The notes beneath the pieces are model-generated. The model was not told where the DNA came from and made no database searches. It saw only the letters and a list, made by a program, of their open reading frames with translations. A stretch of DNA of 64,000 nucleotides, from assembly GCF_963921235.1 (NCBI RefSeq), contig NC_086106.1, positions 23,870,001-23,934,000 on the forward strand, in the 5' to 3' direction. The position numbers and the translations under genes were made by a program. Source of the stretch: Mobula hypostoma (Eukaryota). Positions 1 to 12,496 of this stretch are shown here, one piece after another; within the stretch, counting starts at the first letter, position 1, and each line of letters opens with the position of its first letter.

Positions 1-855
1 TCTTTATGCACGAAAACTAACCTTCCAGTATTTTATACTGTGCCCTGAAAGACCAACAACCCTAACCTGGAGTGTAACAGCCAATGAGCTGATCTCCCAC
101 TTAATGTTAAACAGTATCTCTGATGTATGTTCACCCGCTTTACATTCTGAACGATTAATCCAATGCAACAGTTCAAGGAAAAGTCCATCCGTACTATTGT
201 GAGAAAGGCTATCAATCAAAACATCATTCCTTCGTATAGCCCTGTTATCGACCAGCATGGGCGATGTGTTTATTCATACACTATTTTGGCATACATACGG
301 CACCAGGTATACACCGCACAACCCTGTGTAAAAAATTGCTTAGCCTGGGAACTGCATTGGCAATAAGACTCATACAGCTTTTAGCAATTATCAAGCCTCT
401 GAACATAATTTGCAATAGTCACAGTTAACCCAGTATAATGTTCCTGCTCACACTTGCCATCAATCATGCAACTGCTCGCTCTAATCACCATACCATCAAA
501 ACTCTGACAAGTGGGAATTCTCTTTATTAGTCAGACAATTCCAATTATACAAATGGTTTACTGGGAAAATACAACATATCAAAACGCTCAACTCCCTTAA
601 GACTGGTTTAGTAAGTTTGAGATTTGCAGAAAGAGGCTATTTTCACCTCAGCTCCCGCAAAACAGAATAACGAAACACGAAAAGACAGATAACGTTGCAC
701 CAACAATCACAAAGTGATCGATATAAGTGGCAAATGTTGGTATGTAGTATGGAATCTTCCTACAAATTCAACAATCTGACCTATTGCTCCACAGTGCAAA
801 TTCCATTGCCTTCCACAGGAATACATAACAGTATCATCAACCGCATATCGTCGTT

Positions 856-1770
856 CATAGAAACATAGAAAACCTACAGCACAATACAAGCCCTTCAGCC
901 CACAAAGTTTTGCTGAACATGTCCTGACATTAGAAGTTACCAGGGTTACCCAGAGCACTCTACTTTTTCTAAGCGAACAATAAACTAACCAAAAGTCTCT
1001 GATAAGACCCAATAGTATTCAGTTCCACCACCGTTGCCGGCAGCCCATTCTGCGCAGTGACCACTCTCTGCGAAAAAAAAACTTACCCCTAACACATCCT
1101 TTGTACCTACTCCCCAGCACCTTAAATTATGCCCTCTTGTGGCAGCCATTTCAGACCTGGGAAAATCCCTCTGACTATCCACGCGATCAATGCCTCCTAT
1201 CATCTTATACAACTCTATTAGGTGACCTGTCATCCTCCGACGCTCCAACGAGAAACGGCCGATTTCACTGACCCTGTTTTCATAAGGCGTGCGCCCCAAT
1301 CCCGGCAACATCCTTGTAAATCTCCTCTGCACCCTTTCTATGCTTTCCACATTCTTCCTGCAGTGAGGCGACCAGACTGAGCACAGCACTCCATGTGGAG
1401 TCGGACCAGCTTCCTATGCAGCTGCCATATTATCACTTGGTTCATAAATTTAATACCGTGGTACATGAAGGTCAATACACCGGATGCCTTCTTAACCACA
1501 GAGTCAACCTGCGCAGCTGCTTTGAGCGTCCTATTGACTCAGACCCCAAGATCCTACTGATCCTCCACACTGCCAAGAGTTTTACCATTAATACTATAGT
1601 CGGCCATCATACTTGACCTACCAAAATGAGTCACTTCATATTTATCTGGGTTGAACTCCATCTTCCACTTCTCAGCCCAGTTTTACATCCTGTCAATGTC
1701 CCGCTGTAACTAACCTCTGACAGCCTTCCACACTATCCACATCACTCCCAACTTAGGTGTTATCAGCACT
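856..1770 (-). mobile_element. CR1-type LINE 3' fragment
   Basis: RT C-terminal VWSPHCRKNVESIERVQRRFTRMLPG and a (CATAGAAA)n tail. Paralogs at 43438-44351 and 63261-64000. Confidence 0.88.
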
Positions 1771-4008
1771 TTGAAATTCTGCAATGTAGGGGACACAAAT
1801 GCACTCGTTCCTGATTAGTCGGTGGAAATACAGAAAAGAAACACAAAAAAATTGAACTACGACAATTACTTTCCAAATGTTCAGTTGCCACTAAATGTGG
1901 TCATATGTGCTTAAATAGAGGAAGAAGAGAGCAAGAGTCTTCCACGTGCCATGTTATAAACCCACTATTTTTGAAACGTATCCTTTCGGAAAATTGTGGT
2001 ACCTTCTAAAGCAACTGGTCACAACGGAAACAGTTGTAATGAATCAGAATAAGGCACCCTCCCACAGGACATCAGTGCCTCACCACTTTCTGTGGAAGGG
2101 ACTGGCTTTGTCCCGTATATGCTGTAGTGCAGAAATCTCGGTTGTTTCCGCTCTTTTGTATCCAATAATAATAATTTTAACCCGTTTTTGAAGTTAATGT
2201 TTGGTATTCTCTAACTGCTGGTCTGCCACAGCAAACACTATTCAGAAACAGCAAACTAATCTTGCAGGATTGTTAGTCCGCTCCAAGTAGTGATATGCTG
2301 ATGAGTGCACTGGACGCGGAAGAATATGAATTTTAAGTCGTTTTCCAATACATTAAGATGATGAGATATTTTGAAGACGCAGCATATATTTGCTAAATAC
2401 GGCACATCTGATTGATAATGCGAAGGGGAAATAATTATTTGCAGTAACACCACACACGGTTTGTATTCACAACCAGGTGCTTTGGAAATATTAACATAGT
2501 TTATAAACATAATAGGGCAAATGTATATGAACCAGCGGCTGAGCCACCTGCAGCCGAAGTGTGACCGGTCAGAGGTAAATGGGGGTGTTGCAATAATAGC
2601 GGTGATCAGCTTTCTCTTCCTATAACATGGCTGAATATTATGACCTGTCAATGATGCTGTGATATGAACACTCCAAGACCATTGATAAGTGTAAGATTGT
2701 AACATAGTCGAAGATCCTGCTCATTGTGGAATATGTGGTAAGAAACTAAATGAAGGAATATCCTGAGGTTATATGGACTTTGTCTATGGAGAAATTGCAC
2801 AAGGAAATGTAGAAGGTGAAGAGTGATTCTCATTAAAATGTAACTCGATGATATAAACACTAAGTTGTCCCAGGTTTGCTGATTAAGTCGAGGCAAAGCT
2901 TTGTGCATGCAAGTTTGTTACTTCACAGATGTAAATGGGGGAAATGCTGAGCGTTCGCAACTGCATAGTACATTCTACTCCAGCAGCAGTTACATGGACT
3001 TGCCAAAGGAAGGACTATCAATGACAGCCACTGTCAAGGACATGCTTGTTTCATTCTTCGTTGGGGAAGAATTCTGAAGTCATAAGGACCAGACCAGCGA
3101 AATAAAGAAAAACCGAAAGGCTATTGCCCTGTAGCCATGTGGCTCCTGAGTGAACGTGGAAAACTTCACTCATCTCAGTGCTGAGCTGATTGCACAACCG
3201 ACAGATTTAATGCTAATTCGTTGTCGCCGCGTGTTCTTTTTAAACTGAGCGTGTTATCTTCTTTTTACACCTGTTGCGTGCCCATCTATAGTAACGTATA
3301 TTATAATTAATGTATTGCAATTATTTTTTTCCTCATTATCATGACATCACTATCTACAATTATTAAATTTAACGGCTACCAGGGCTTTGTAACTTAATTT
3401 TTGAAATAATTTATTTGTGGAACCTTCATGTCAATTATAGCAAGAAAACAATACTTTTGCGAAGGGTCGATGAGGTGAGCCTGCACATAAAATATCCAGT
3501 AAATACATTTTTTCCATCCTTGACTTTAAGAAAAAATAAAAACAAATACATAGGTTTACTTTGACAGCATAAATGTCAAAAGTGAAATTAATGCTGAGTA
3601 CTTGTACAAAAACAGGAAGTGGTTTATATCTCTAACTTTATCACAAGGAGATACATGTAAACATGTTCAATTATTCTGTTTCAGGTGCATGAATTGGCGA
3701 AGGGAAGTGGGTGTATCCACAACGTAGAATTGGAGGTAGAGCGAGATGAGGCTCGACAGAAATTCCGTTTTCATTGCCGGAAAATCTATTGAATACATGG
3801 CAAGTGACTTTTTTGAACGATACTGCTTGACTACTATAAACAGGAAGGAGACGTCAACATAGGAAAAAAAAATAGACATATAGTGAATTGTGTGGTATGC
3901 CTCCTTCGTATTTTCGCAAATGTTCTATTACTCACTTAGAAAACTACTCCCATGTTTAGAATTTACACAATGGAAACATACCAACTGCATATTTTCTACG
4001 TCACACTG

Positions 4009-4230
4009 CGATGTCACTTCCGATTCTTCCATCTTTGCCGAATTACCTTATATGCAGCTCAATGCTTTGCACGGAAGTTGTAATGGAGGTCACATCTGTC
4101 AGTAAATAATTGATTGGTTGTACTGATAAACAAAGAAGTAGTGATGTATTGCAACGATTCAGTTGATTAGGGGTGTTGGAAAAACAAGGAGCTTTGTACT
4201 GATTGGATGCGTCCAATAATATAACAGTAC
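4009..4230 (+). promoter_or_regulatory. Putative V promoter
   Basis: Blocks shared with the divergent V at 40 kb: CGATGTCACTTCCGATTCTTCCAT (4009-4032), AATTGATTGGTTGTACTGA..AACAAAGAAGTA (4108-4140) and an AATATAA TATA-like box near 4224. Confidence 0.6.
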
Positions 4231-4305
4231 ATACCTTCCGAATTTCTAATTAAAACTTCCTTAACAATAAGATTATTTCAGTTGCAATTCACAGGCTGTG
4301 CAGAC

Positions 4306-5170
4306 ATGCTGTCCCAATTTCTATGTACGTTCCTTATTGCAGCAACGTTCCTGGCGGGTAATTTTCTGGAGTTTCGAACATTATGATTCTCATGAGTGCA
4401 GAGAAGGATAATTTATTAGTCAATACCCGGAATCCAATATTAACAAAAACGGGGAAATATGTCCCCGTTCTCCTGTAACTGACATTAAAATGTTTGAGGG
4501 GAGATTCGAGGTCAAACACAGTTGAGCCCATTGCTGTCTCCAATGGTGAAATGCAGCGCTTTTTATTTTGCTCTCCGCACCCTGCCCACGTCCCCACCCC
4601 GCGGGACATATAATGTAAACCTGTGAACACTGATAGAAGAGTTTTGAAGGATTTTTCTCGGTGCTTGAGGTCTCTTCTTTAAAAAAAGTTAGATTCATTT
4701 TTCTATGGAACCATCCCAGAAATCTCTACAGAACGAATATTTCGATCCGACAACCTTCGAGCCCGAATTCAGGTCAGTCCCAGAGGTCATGGTGCTGCTA
4801 GATAGAGATGGTCTGCGCACCGCAAGATGCTGTTGTTTAATTGAAATATCTTTCGTATTCTTTCAGGCCATTGTCGAGGCAATGCCGTTTTTCAGACACC
4901 TACATCCACAGTAACTGAAGGTGGTGAAGCAACGTTGAATTGCAACTATACTGCTACAGACATTGACCAATTTTCATTGCAATGGTACCGTCAGTATCCC
5001 GGCGGATCTCTGGAGCACCTGTTGCTCCGGACGAAATACGACGCTAACCCAAAGAAGAGCCCAGGACAACGCTTCGCGGCACAGTTGGATGATTCGAGGA
5101 GAACGGTCCCACTTACTGTGTCTGAAGCGCAGCTAGGAGACGAGGCTCTGTACTTCTGCGCGCTGAGACC
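4306..5170 (+). CDS. TCR V gene segment (TRAV/TRDV-like), apparently functional; join(4306..4357,4867..5170)
   Basis: Leader MLSQFLCTFLIAATFLA ends G|GTAATT. Intron 4358-4866 ends TTCTTTCAG. V exon open in phase 1: GHCRG-NAVFQTPTSTVTEGGEATLNCNYTATDIDQFSLQWYRQYPGGSLEHLLLRTKYDANPKKSPGQRFAAQLDDSRRTVPLTVSEAQLGDEALYFCALR, with first Cys, WYRQ and YFC. RSS follows directly. Alpha versus delta is not resolvable from the V alone. Confidence 0.93.
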
Positions 5171-5209
5171 CACAACGGCACAAACTTAACCTGCGTCTGT
5201 ACAAAAACT
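5171..5209 (+). other. 23-bp-spacer recombination signal sequence
   Basis: CACAACG (5171-5177), 23 nt, ACAAAAACT (5201-5209). Confidence 0.93.
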
Positions 5210-6379
5210 GCTTGATCTCCCTGAAGCCATCTGTGTGTAAAGGCGATTTAGTCTGCAACTGCAAGTACTAGCCGATCTCTGCAATTATGACAATGTCAAT
5301 ATATTGTATACCAGTATTGTTCAATCTTAAATATTCTGGTCCAATCCGATTAAACAGTTTTGTAGTGGATCTGCTCTCGTGTCCATTCGAAAAGTTAATT
5401 CAAGAGCAGTTATGTACACAGAATCCCTTTTTTTTTACCTATTTATTTTATTAACTATCACCTGCTGTAGTATTGTCGATGAAGGTGGAACGTTAAATCA
5501 GCCTAAATGCTCTGGGAAATGTGACAAGAAATGCATCGACTTCGTATAGGTGAACAGATGATTGTTTGTTCGTTTGTTTTATACAAACAGTAAACTTTTG
5601 AACAAACATACCTGTTCCCCGTCACGGACACTGAATAGTAAAAAAAAAAAAAAGAAATACAGCATTCAAAATACGCATTTCCTTAAAAGCGCCTGCCGAG
5701 TATACCTTTGTTCGACACGGCGGATTTAACGTATGGAATAAAACGTTGAACTTGAGTGGGTCGTAGACAGTGTAAGCACACAGGCTAGCTGGTCAACGGC
5801 GATCACCAATTTCGGTGTTATAATTTGGAGAAGTTTAATGAATGAGTATTTATGCAATAGGACTCGTAGGATTCATGTTCTCAGCTGTTTTCCCTGAGGC
5901 AACACAGTTTCATTGTTATGTGTGCAGGCGCAATGAAGTGCGAGCTTCGATTATTCACGAGTTGCGTTGTGAATTTCCCCACCTATCCGCTGACGAACGG
6001 TGAACACCTCCCCAAGCACTATGTGCGACTTTGACTTAATCAGAGGAAGGGGAGACCACGGCACTTGCAAATGCTATGTTACATACCCTAAGTATAAGAG
6101 ACAGGATATCACGGAAATGTTCAGTAAGCAATGCAACTGCACCTTCTAAATTAACCAATTCGAAGGGCAGCGCCTTTGACAATTAGAATATGGCACGTCC
6201 ACACAGGACGGTAGTACATCAACACTTACTGTGAGAGGGACATTTTATCCTGTATATGTTGTTCTGTGGATATCTCCCATTTTTCCAATCATTATTATCG
6301 ATTAAAAGTTAATTAATATCCCGAGATTTAATTTATTTGCTATTTCTGTACATTTATTTCATTCTGATCTATATCTCAG

Positions 6380-8870
6380 AGAACCATAGTACCATAGAAA
6401 CTACAGCACAGAAACAGGCCCTTTGGCCCTTCTTGGCTGTGCCGAACCATTTTCTGCCTTGTCCCACTGACCTGCACAAGGACCATATCCCTCCATACAC
6501 CTCCCATCCATGTATCATTTCAATTTATTCTTAAATGTTAAAAAAGAACCCGCATTTACCACCTCGTCTGGCAGCTCATTCCATACTCCCACCACTCTCT
6601 GTGTGAAGAAGCCCCCCTCCTAATGTTCCCTTTAAACTCCCCCCCCCCCATCACCCTTAACCCATGTCCTCCGTATTTTTTTTTCTCCCCTTGACTCAGT
6701 GGAAAAAGCCTGCTTGCAGTCACTCTGTCTATACCCATCATAATTTTGTCAATTAATTCTATCGAATTCTATCAAATCTCCCCTCATTCTTCAACGCTCC
6801 AGGGAATGAAGTCCTAACCTATTCAACCGTTCTCTGTAACTGAGTTTCTCAAGTCCCGGCAACATCCTTGTAAACCTTCTCTGCACTCTTTCAACCTTAT
6901 TTATATCCTTCCTGCAATTTGTATGACCAAAACTGAACACAATACTCCAGATTCGGCCTCATCAGTACCTTATACAACCTCAACATAACATTCCAGCTCG
7001 TATACTCAATACTTCGATTAACAAAGGCCAATGTACCAAAAGCTCTCTTTACGACCCTATCTACCTGTGACGACACTTTTAGGGAATTTTGTTTCTGTAT
7101 TAACAGATCCCTCGGTTCCACTGCACTCCTCAGTGCCTTACCATTAACCCTGTATTTTCTACGATGGTTTGTCCTTCCAACGTGCAATACCACACACTTG
7201 TCAGTATTAAACTCCATCTACCATTTTTCCAGATGGTCCAAGTCCCTCTGCAGTCTCTGAAAACCTTCCTCATTGTGTACTACACCTCCAATCTTTGTAT
7301 CATCAGCAAACTTGCCGATCCAATTTACCACATTATCATCCAGACTATTCATATGGATGACAAATAACAATGGACCCAGCACTGATCCCTGTGGCACACC
7401 ACTAGTCACAGGCCTCCACTCAGAGAAGGTACCACCGCTCTCTGGCTTCTTCCATCGAGCCAATGTCTAATCCAATTTACCACCTCTCCATGTATACCCA
7501 GCGACTGAATTTTCCTAACTAATCTCACATGCGGGACCTTGTCAAAGGCCTTACTGAAGTCCATGTAGACCATATCCACTGCCTTCCCTTCATCCACTTT
7601 CCTGGTGACCTCCTCGAAAAACTCCAAAAGATTGGTCAAACATGACCTACCACGCACAAAGCCATGTTGGCTCTCCCTAATAAGCCCCTGTCTATCCAAA
7701 TGCTTGTAGATTTTGTCTCTTAGTACTCACTCCAATAACTTAACTACTACTGACGTTAAATTCACCGGCCTATAATTTCCCGGATTACTTTTCGATCATT
7801 TTTTAATCAACTGAACAACATGAGCAACTCTCCAATCCTCCGGCACTTCATCCGTAGGCAGCGACATTTTAAATATTTCTGCTAGGGCCCCCGCAATTTC
7901 GACACTAGTCTCCTTCAAGGTCCGAGGGAACACTCTGTCAGGTCCCGGGGATTTATCCACTTCAATTTTCCTCAAGGCAGCAAGTACCTCCTCCTTTTCA
8001 ATCTGTACAGTTTCAATGGTCTCACGACTTGATTGCCTCAATTCCATAGATTTCATGCCAGCTTCCTTAGTAAATACAGACGCAATAAACCTACTTAAGA
8101 TCTCCCCCATTTCCTTTGGTTCCGCACAAAACCGACCACTCTGATCTTCAAGAGGACCAATTTTATCCCTTACAATCCTTTTGCTCTTAATATACATGTA
8201 AAAGCTCTTTGGATTACCCTTCACTTTGACTGCCAAGGCAACCTCATGTCTTCTTTTAGCCCTCCTGATTTCTTTCTTAAGAATTTTCTTGCACTACTTA
8301 TACTCCTCAAGCAGCTGATTTACCCCCTGTTTCCTATACATTCAATACAACTCCCTCTTCTTCTTTATCAGAGTTGCAATATCCCTTGAGAACCAAGGTT
8401 CCTTATTCCATTTCAATTTGCCTTTAATCCTGACAGGAACATACAAAATCTGCACTCTCAAGATTTCCCCTTTGAAGGCTTCCCACCTACCAATCACATC
8501 TTTGCCAGAGAACAACCTGTTCCAATCCACGCTTTTTAGATCCTTTCTCATTTCTTCAAATTTGGCCTTCTTCCAGTTCAGAACCTCAACCCCAGGACCA
8601 GATCTATCCTTGTCCATGATCAAATTGAAACTAATGGTTTTATAATCACTGGAACCAAAGTGCTCTCCTATACAGATTTCTGTCACTTGCCCTAATTCGT
8701 TACCTAACAGGAGATCCAATATTACATCCCCTCTGGTTGGTCCCCTCTATATATTGATTTATAAATCTTTCCTGAACAGATTTTACAAACTCTAAACCAT
8801 CTAGACTCCTAACAGTATGGGTGTCCCAATCAATGTATGGAAAATTAAAATCCCCTACCACCACAACAAT
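6380..8870 (-). mobile_element. CR1-type LINE, 5'-truncated, present only in block A
   Basis: Endonuclease end VVVGDFNFP, then [48 protein letters not shown] and KFADDTKIGG; (CTATGGT)-type tail near 6385. Empty site at ~49325-49340. Confidence 0.95.
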
Positions 8871-9749
8871 ATCATCGAGCTTATATTGAGAATCTGGAAA
8901 TTAATATTGCAGGAGTATGAGTCAGCTCTCAGTTGTGACAAGTATCTGAATACAGAGGTACCGGAATATTACCGATTTTAACTCGCAGTTAACTGCATTA
9001 AACCAGTATGAAGATGAGGTATTTTGAAAGCGGAGCATAGTTTTTGATTAAAACGGACCAGCTGAAAGCTCATGCTTACTGAATTAATTATGTGACTCCA
9101 CACACGGCTTGTATAGAAAACAATGTGTTTTAGATATATGATTCTGACTAACTGACGGTTAAATATATCTGACTGGGTGTGAGTTCGCAGCATCAAATTT
9201 CGAAGATGGCTAAATTCAGATTCATAATTAAAGTGGCCTTCCTATATTAGCAGAAGACATAGTGTAGTCGAATACACGTTGTAAAAAGAATAGGGCAGAC
9301 GTATTACAAGCACAAGCGGAAAGACCTGCAACATAACAGTGAATCAATAGAATAATTAGACACATGCCGATTAAGGAACAATCATTACGCCGCAGCCCCC
9401 TGGCTTCTGAGCGTTAATGGAAAACTTCACTCACCTTAGTCCTGCGCTGTCTGCACAGTCAACAGACTCGCTTTCATGATAAGCCGTGCTCCAAGAATTT
9501 CTCTTTTTTTTTATTTTCCCATCCTATAATCCTTTATTTGTTCATCCTATAATCTTTTACTTCCCTGCCAATAATTTCGTATATAGCAGTTAGTACATTT
9601 TATTTTATTTTTTTTTTTCTGTACTGGCTGCCATTCAGTAAATATAAAGGTAGCATATGATGACCTATCGGTACTTTGATATCAAATATACTTTTAACAT
9701 AACAGTTGGAACAACTAGGAGCATGTCGAACACTTACTCAGTGCGATAT

Positions 9750-11345
9750 AACATGGCGTGCAAACGCTTGGGCACCCCTGGTCAAAATTTCGGGTACTGT
9801 GAACAGCTAACCGAGCAAAAGATGCCCTCATTTCCAAAAGGCATAAAGGTAATGATCGCCCATTTCTGTAATATTTTAAGCAAGATTACTTTTTTGTTTT
9901 CCATTTTATACAGTTTCCAAATAACAGAAAAGGAAGAGGACGCTAAGCAAAGGTTTGGGAACTCTGCGTGGTCAGTACTTAGTAACACCCCCTTTCGCAA
10001 GTATCACAGCTTGCAAACACATATTGTAGCCTGCTAAGTGTATTTCAATTCGTGTGTAGGTAGTTTTCGCCCATTTTTCCTTGTAAAAGTCCTATAGTTA
10101 TGTGAGATTTTTGGGCCGTCTTACACGCACTGTTCTTTTGAGGTCTATCCACAGATATTCGATTATGTTTAGGTCGGGGGACTGTGAATTTTGTGGTTTT
10201 TGAGGTGTGTTTACGGCCAATACGCTGTTGTAGAAGCCATCCTCATTTCAGCTTCAGCTTTTTTTTACAGACGGTGTGATGCTTGTTTTCAGAATTATCT
10301 GGTATTGAATTGAATTTATTCTTCCCTACCAGTGAAATGTTCCCCGTGCCACTGGCTGCAACACAAGCGCAAAGCATGATCGATCCACCCCCCCCCCCCC
10401 CGTGCTTAACAGTTGGAGAGGTGTTAATTTTTTATGAAATTCTGCACCTTTTTTTTTCTCCAAACATATCTGTGCTCATTACGGCCAAATTGTTCTACTT
10501 GAACTTCATCAGTCCACAGAACTTATTTTAAAAATGCTTCAGGGTTGTTTAGATGATTCTTTGCAAACTTCTGATGCTGAATTTTCTGCTGCGGAGGCAG
10601 GAAAGTTTTCTTCTGATGACTCTTCCATTAAGGTCATATTTGTTCAGTTGCCACTGCACAGTAGAAGAGTGCACCACCACTTCAGTGTCTGCTAAATCAT
10701 CCTAAAGGTCCTTTGCAGTCAAACGGTAGTTTAGATTTGCCTTTCTAGCAATCCTACGAGCAATTCGCCAGGGGGAAAAATAATATCGGACTTTCAGACC
10801 TCAACACGACCACCACCGTGCTCTTAACTGCAATTTGTTAAGTACATTACGAACTCAGGAAACGTCTACCTGAAAACGCTTTGCTATCTTCATACAGCCA
10901 TCTCCTGTTTGTGGGCATCAATTATTTTAATTTTAGAGTGCTAGGCAGCTGCTTAGAGTAGCCCATGACTGCTGATCGTTGGGATAAGGTTAGAAGAGTC
11001 ATCATTTTATAAAACTTTCAAATTTGCTTTACGTTACCTTTTCTAAAGATGATTGTGAACAAATCATTGCCCCAACATGCTAATTAATGCCTGAGACCTT
11101 GATAAAATTTATCTGAGAGCTCAAATCTCTTAGGGTGCCCAAACGTTTGCATGGTGTTCCTTACCTTCTTTTCTCTATCTCCAAAATTGTAAAAAGTAAA
11201 AAATAATACTTGTTTAAAATGTTGAAAAAAATGTTGCATCTTTAACTTTATGACATTTGGAAATTAGTTTATTTTCTGCTCACTTAACTATTCACAGTAG
11301 CATACACTTTGCCCAGGGGTGCCCAAACTTTTGTATTCTACTGTA
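9750..11345 (-). mobile_element. Tc1/mariner DNA transposon, decayed
   Basis: Inverted termini (GTGCAAACGCTTGGGCACCCCTGGTC / GCCCAGGGGTGCCCAAACTTTTG..ACTG-TA), ~1.6 kb; decayed transposase on the minus strand. Confidence 0.9.
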
Positions 11346-12496
11346 TCTCAGAATTTTACTTTGTAACTGCAATCAAAATCAGGAAGCCTTGAAACTGTGA
11401 ATAGGAAATAGTTGCCGGATTTTGGATCAACGATATCAAACGCAGAGGTCGTGGTATCTGTTGCTTTCAAAGAGGGTTGAAACTTGGCAATCATCAATCT
11501 TGTAATGGTCGGAAACCTAGTTGAATGGAAGCGACCAAAGGTAAATTGATGGACCTTTGAATGATCAGTGAAGGAAGGAACATGAAGAAGTGCACACAAA
11601 AGAAGATCAGTCGTATTGTAAAGAAAAACAAGCATAAAAAACAAACAATAAAAAAGCGCCACGGATTCAGATGAGAGTGCACACAATAGGCACAAGAAAT
11701 CTTGACAAATACACGGAACGTAATAGATAATTTACCATGACAGGGAGGATCTCAGGAGGGAAGGAATTTCGAAGTTCCGGATCGAAAGACTTCAACAAGT
11801 CTGTAAAGAGGAGACGTAAAATGGCATAAGCAGCTTGGTAGTGGAGCGGACTGAACACCTGCAGTCGATGGATTTGAAAAGGTGAGGGAACGTCATGTCT
11901 CTATTGGTGACATCAATATTTGTGAAGCTGGAAATGGAACAGTCACTGGTGTGAAGATGAAAGGGTGTCACTGGAGAGAGCAGTAGAGTGAATGAGAGAG
12001 TCGGGAACCATATGCTTGTGACAGATAGTTCAAGTTTTGTAGAAGGAAAGACAAGTGGTGAGAGGACCATCAGGTTGTAGAAAGAATAAAGGTGAACGTG
12101 GCAAAGTGACGCGGTCACCAGTAGAAATGTATGGTAACAGCTGTCTCCAAAGTGATCCATCAGTCATGTTCCTATCGCCTGATGAGGATCAGAAATTAAC
12201 AAAGTTATGGGAAATGACAGACTTCTAGAAACGAAACTAATAACTTAAAAAAAAAATATGCGCGACTGTGAAGCTGCCTCTGCAAAACATCTGTGCAAAA
12301 TACTGCAGGTCATCCATGCAACAATCTAACGTCAGGTAGATTTTGGAAATCCATACCATCGCTTAGGGAAGTGGAGTTATGGTTTAACACGTTGCATCGG
12401 TCCCTGAAAGGGCGTCATTAAAGTGCGACCTGCTGACTGGTGATGTAACGATTTCCAGAAGGCCATCACGAGGAAATCTGCAGATGCTGCAATTTC

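Noticed and set aside
790-796. CACAGTG heptamers at 790, 43372, 63195, ~19137 and ~28551
   Set aside because: No acceptable nonamer at 12 or 23 bp and no full V upstream.
4705-4914. ORF MEPSQKSLQ... as a leader or separate gene
   Set aside because: It lies in the V intron, is not hydrophobic and is not open in the B copy. The true leader is at 4306.
5210-6380. IgH-type or NAR-TCR V-D-J mini-cluster downstream of the Vs
   Set aside because: No RSS-flanked D or J segments were seen downstream of any V. The Vs have normal leaders and no extra CDR1 cysteine.
9750-11345. RAG-like (Transib/ProtoRAG) transposon near RSSs
   Set aside because: The termini and the VKHGGG motif are Tc1/mariner; the TIRs are not RSS-like.
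11348-12160. ORFs shared by both duplicons (also 51994-52661) as a novel gene
   Set aside because: Similarity is explained by the recent duplication, and reading frames differ between copies. Possibly a decayed retroelement, but I could not assign it.
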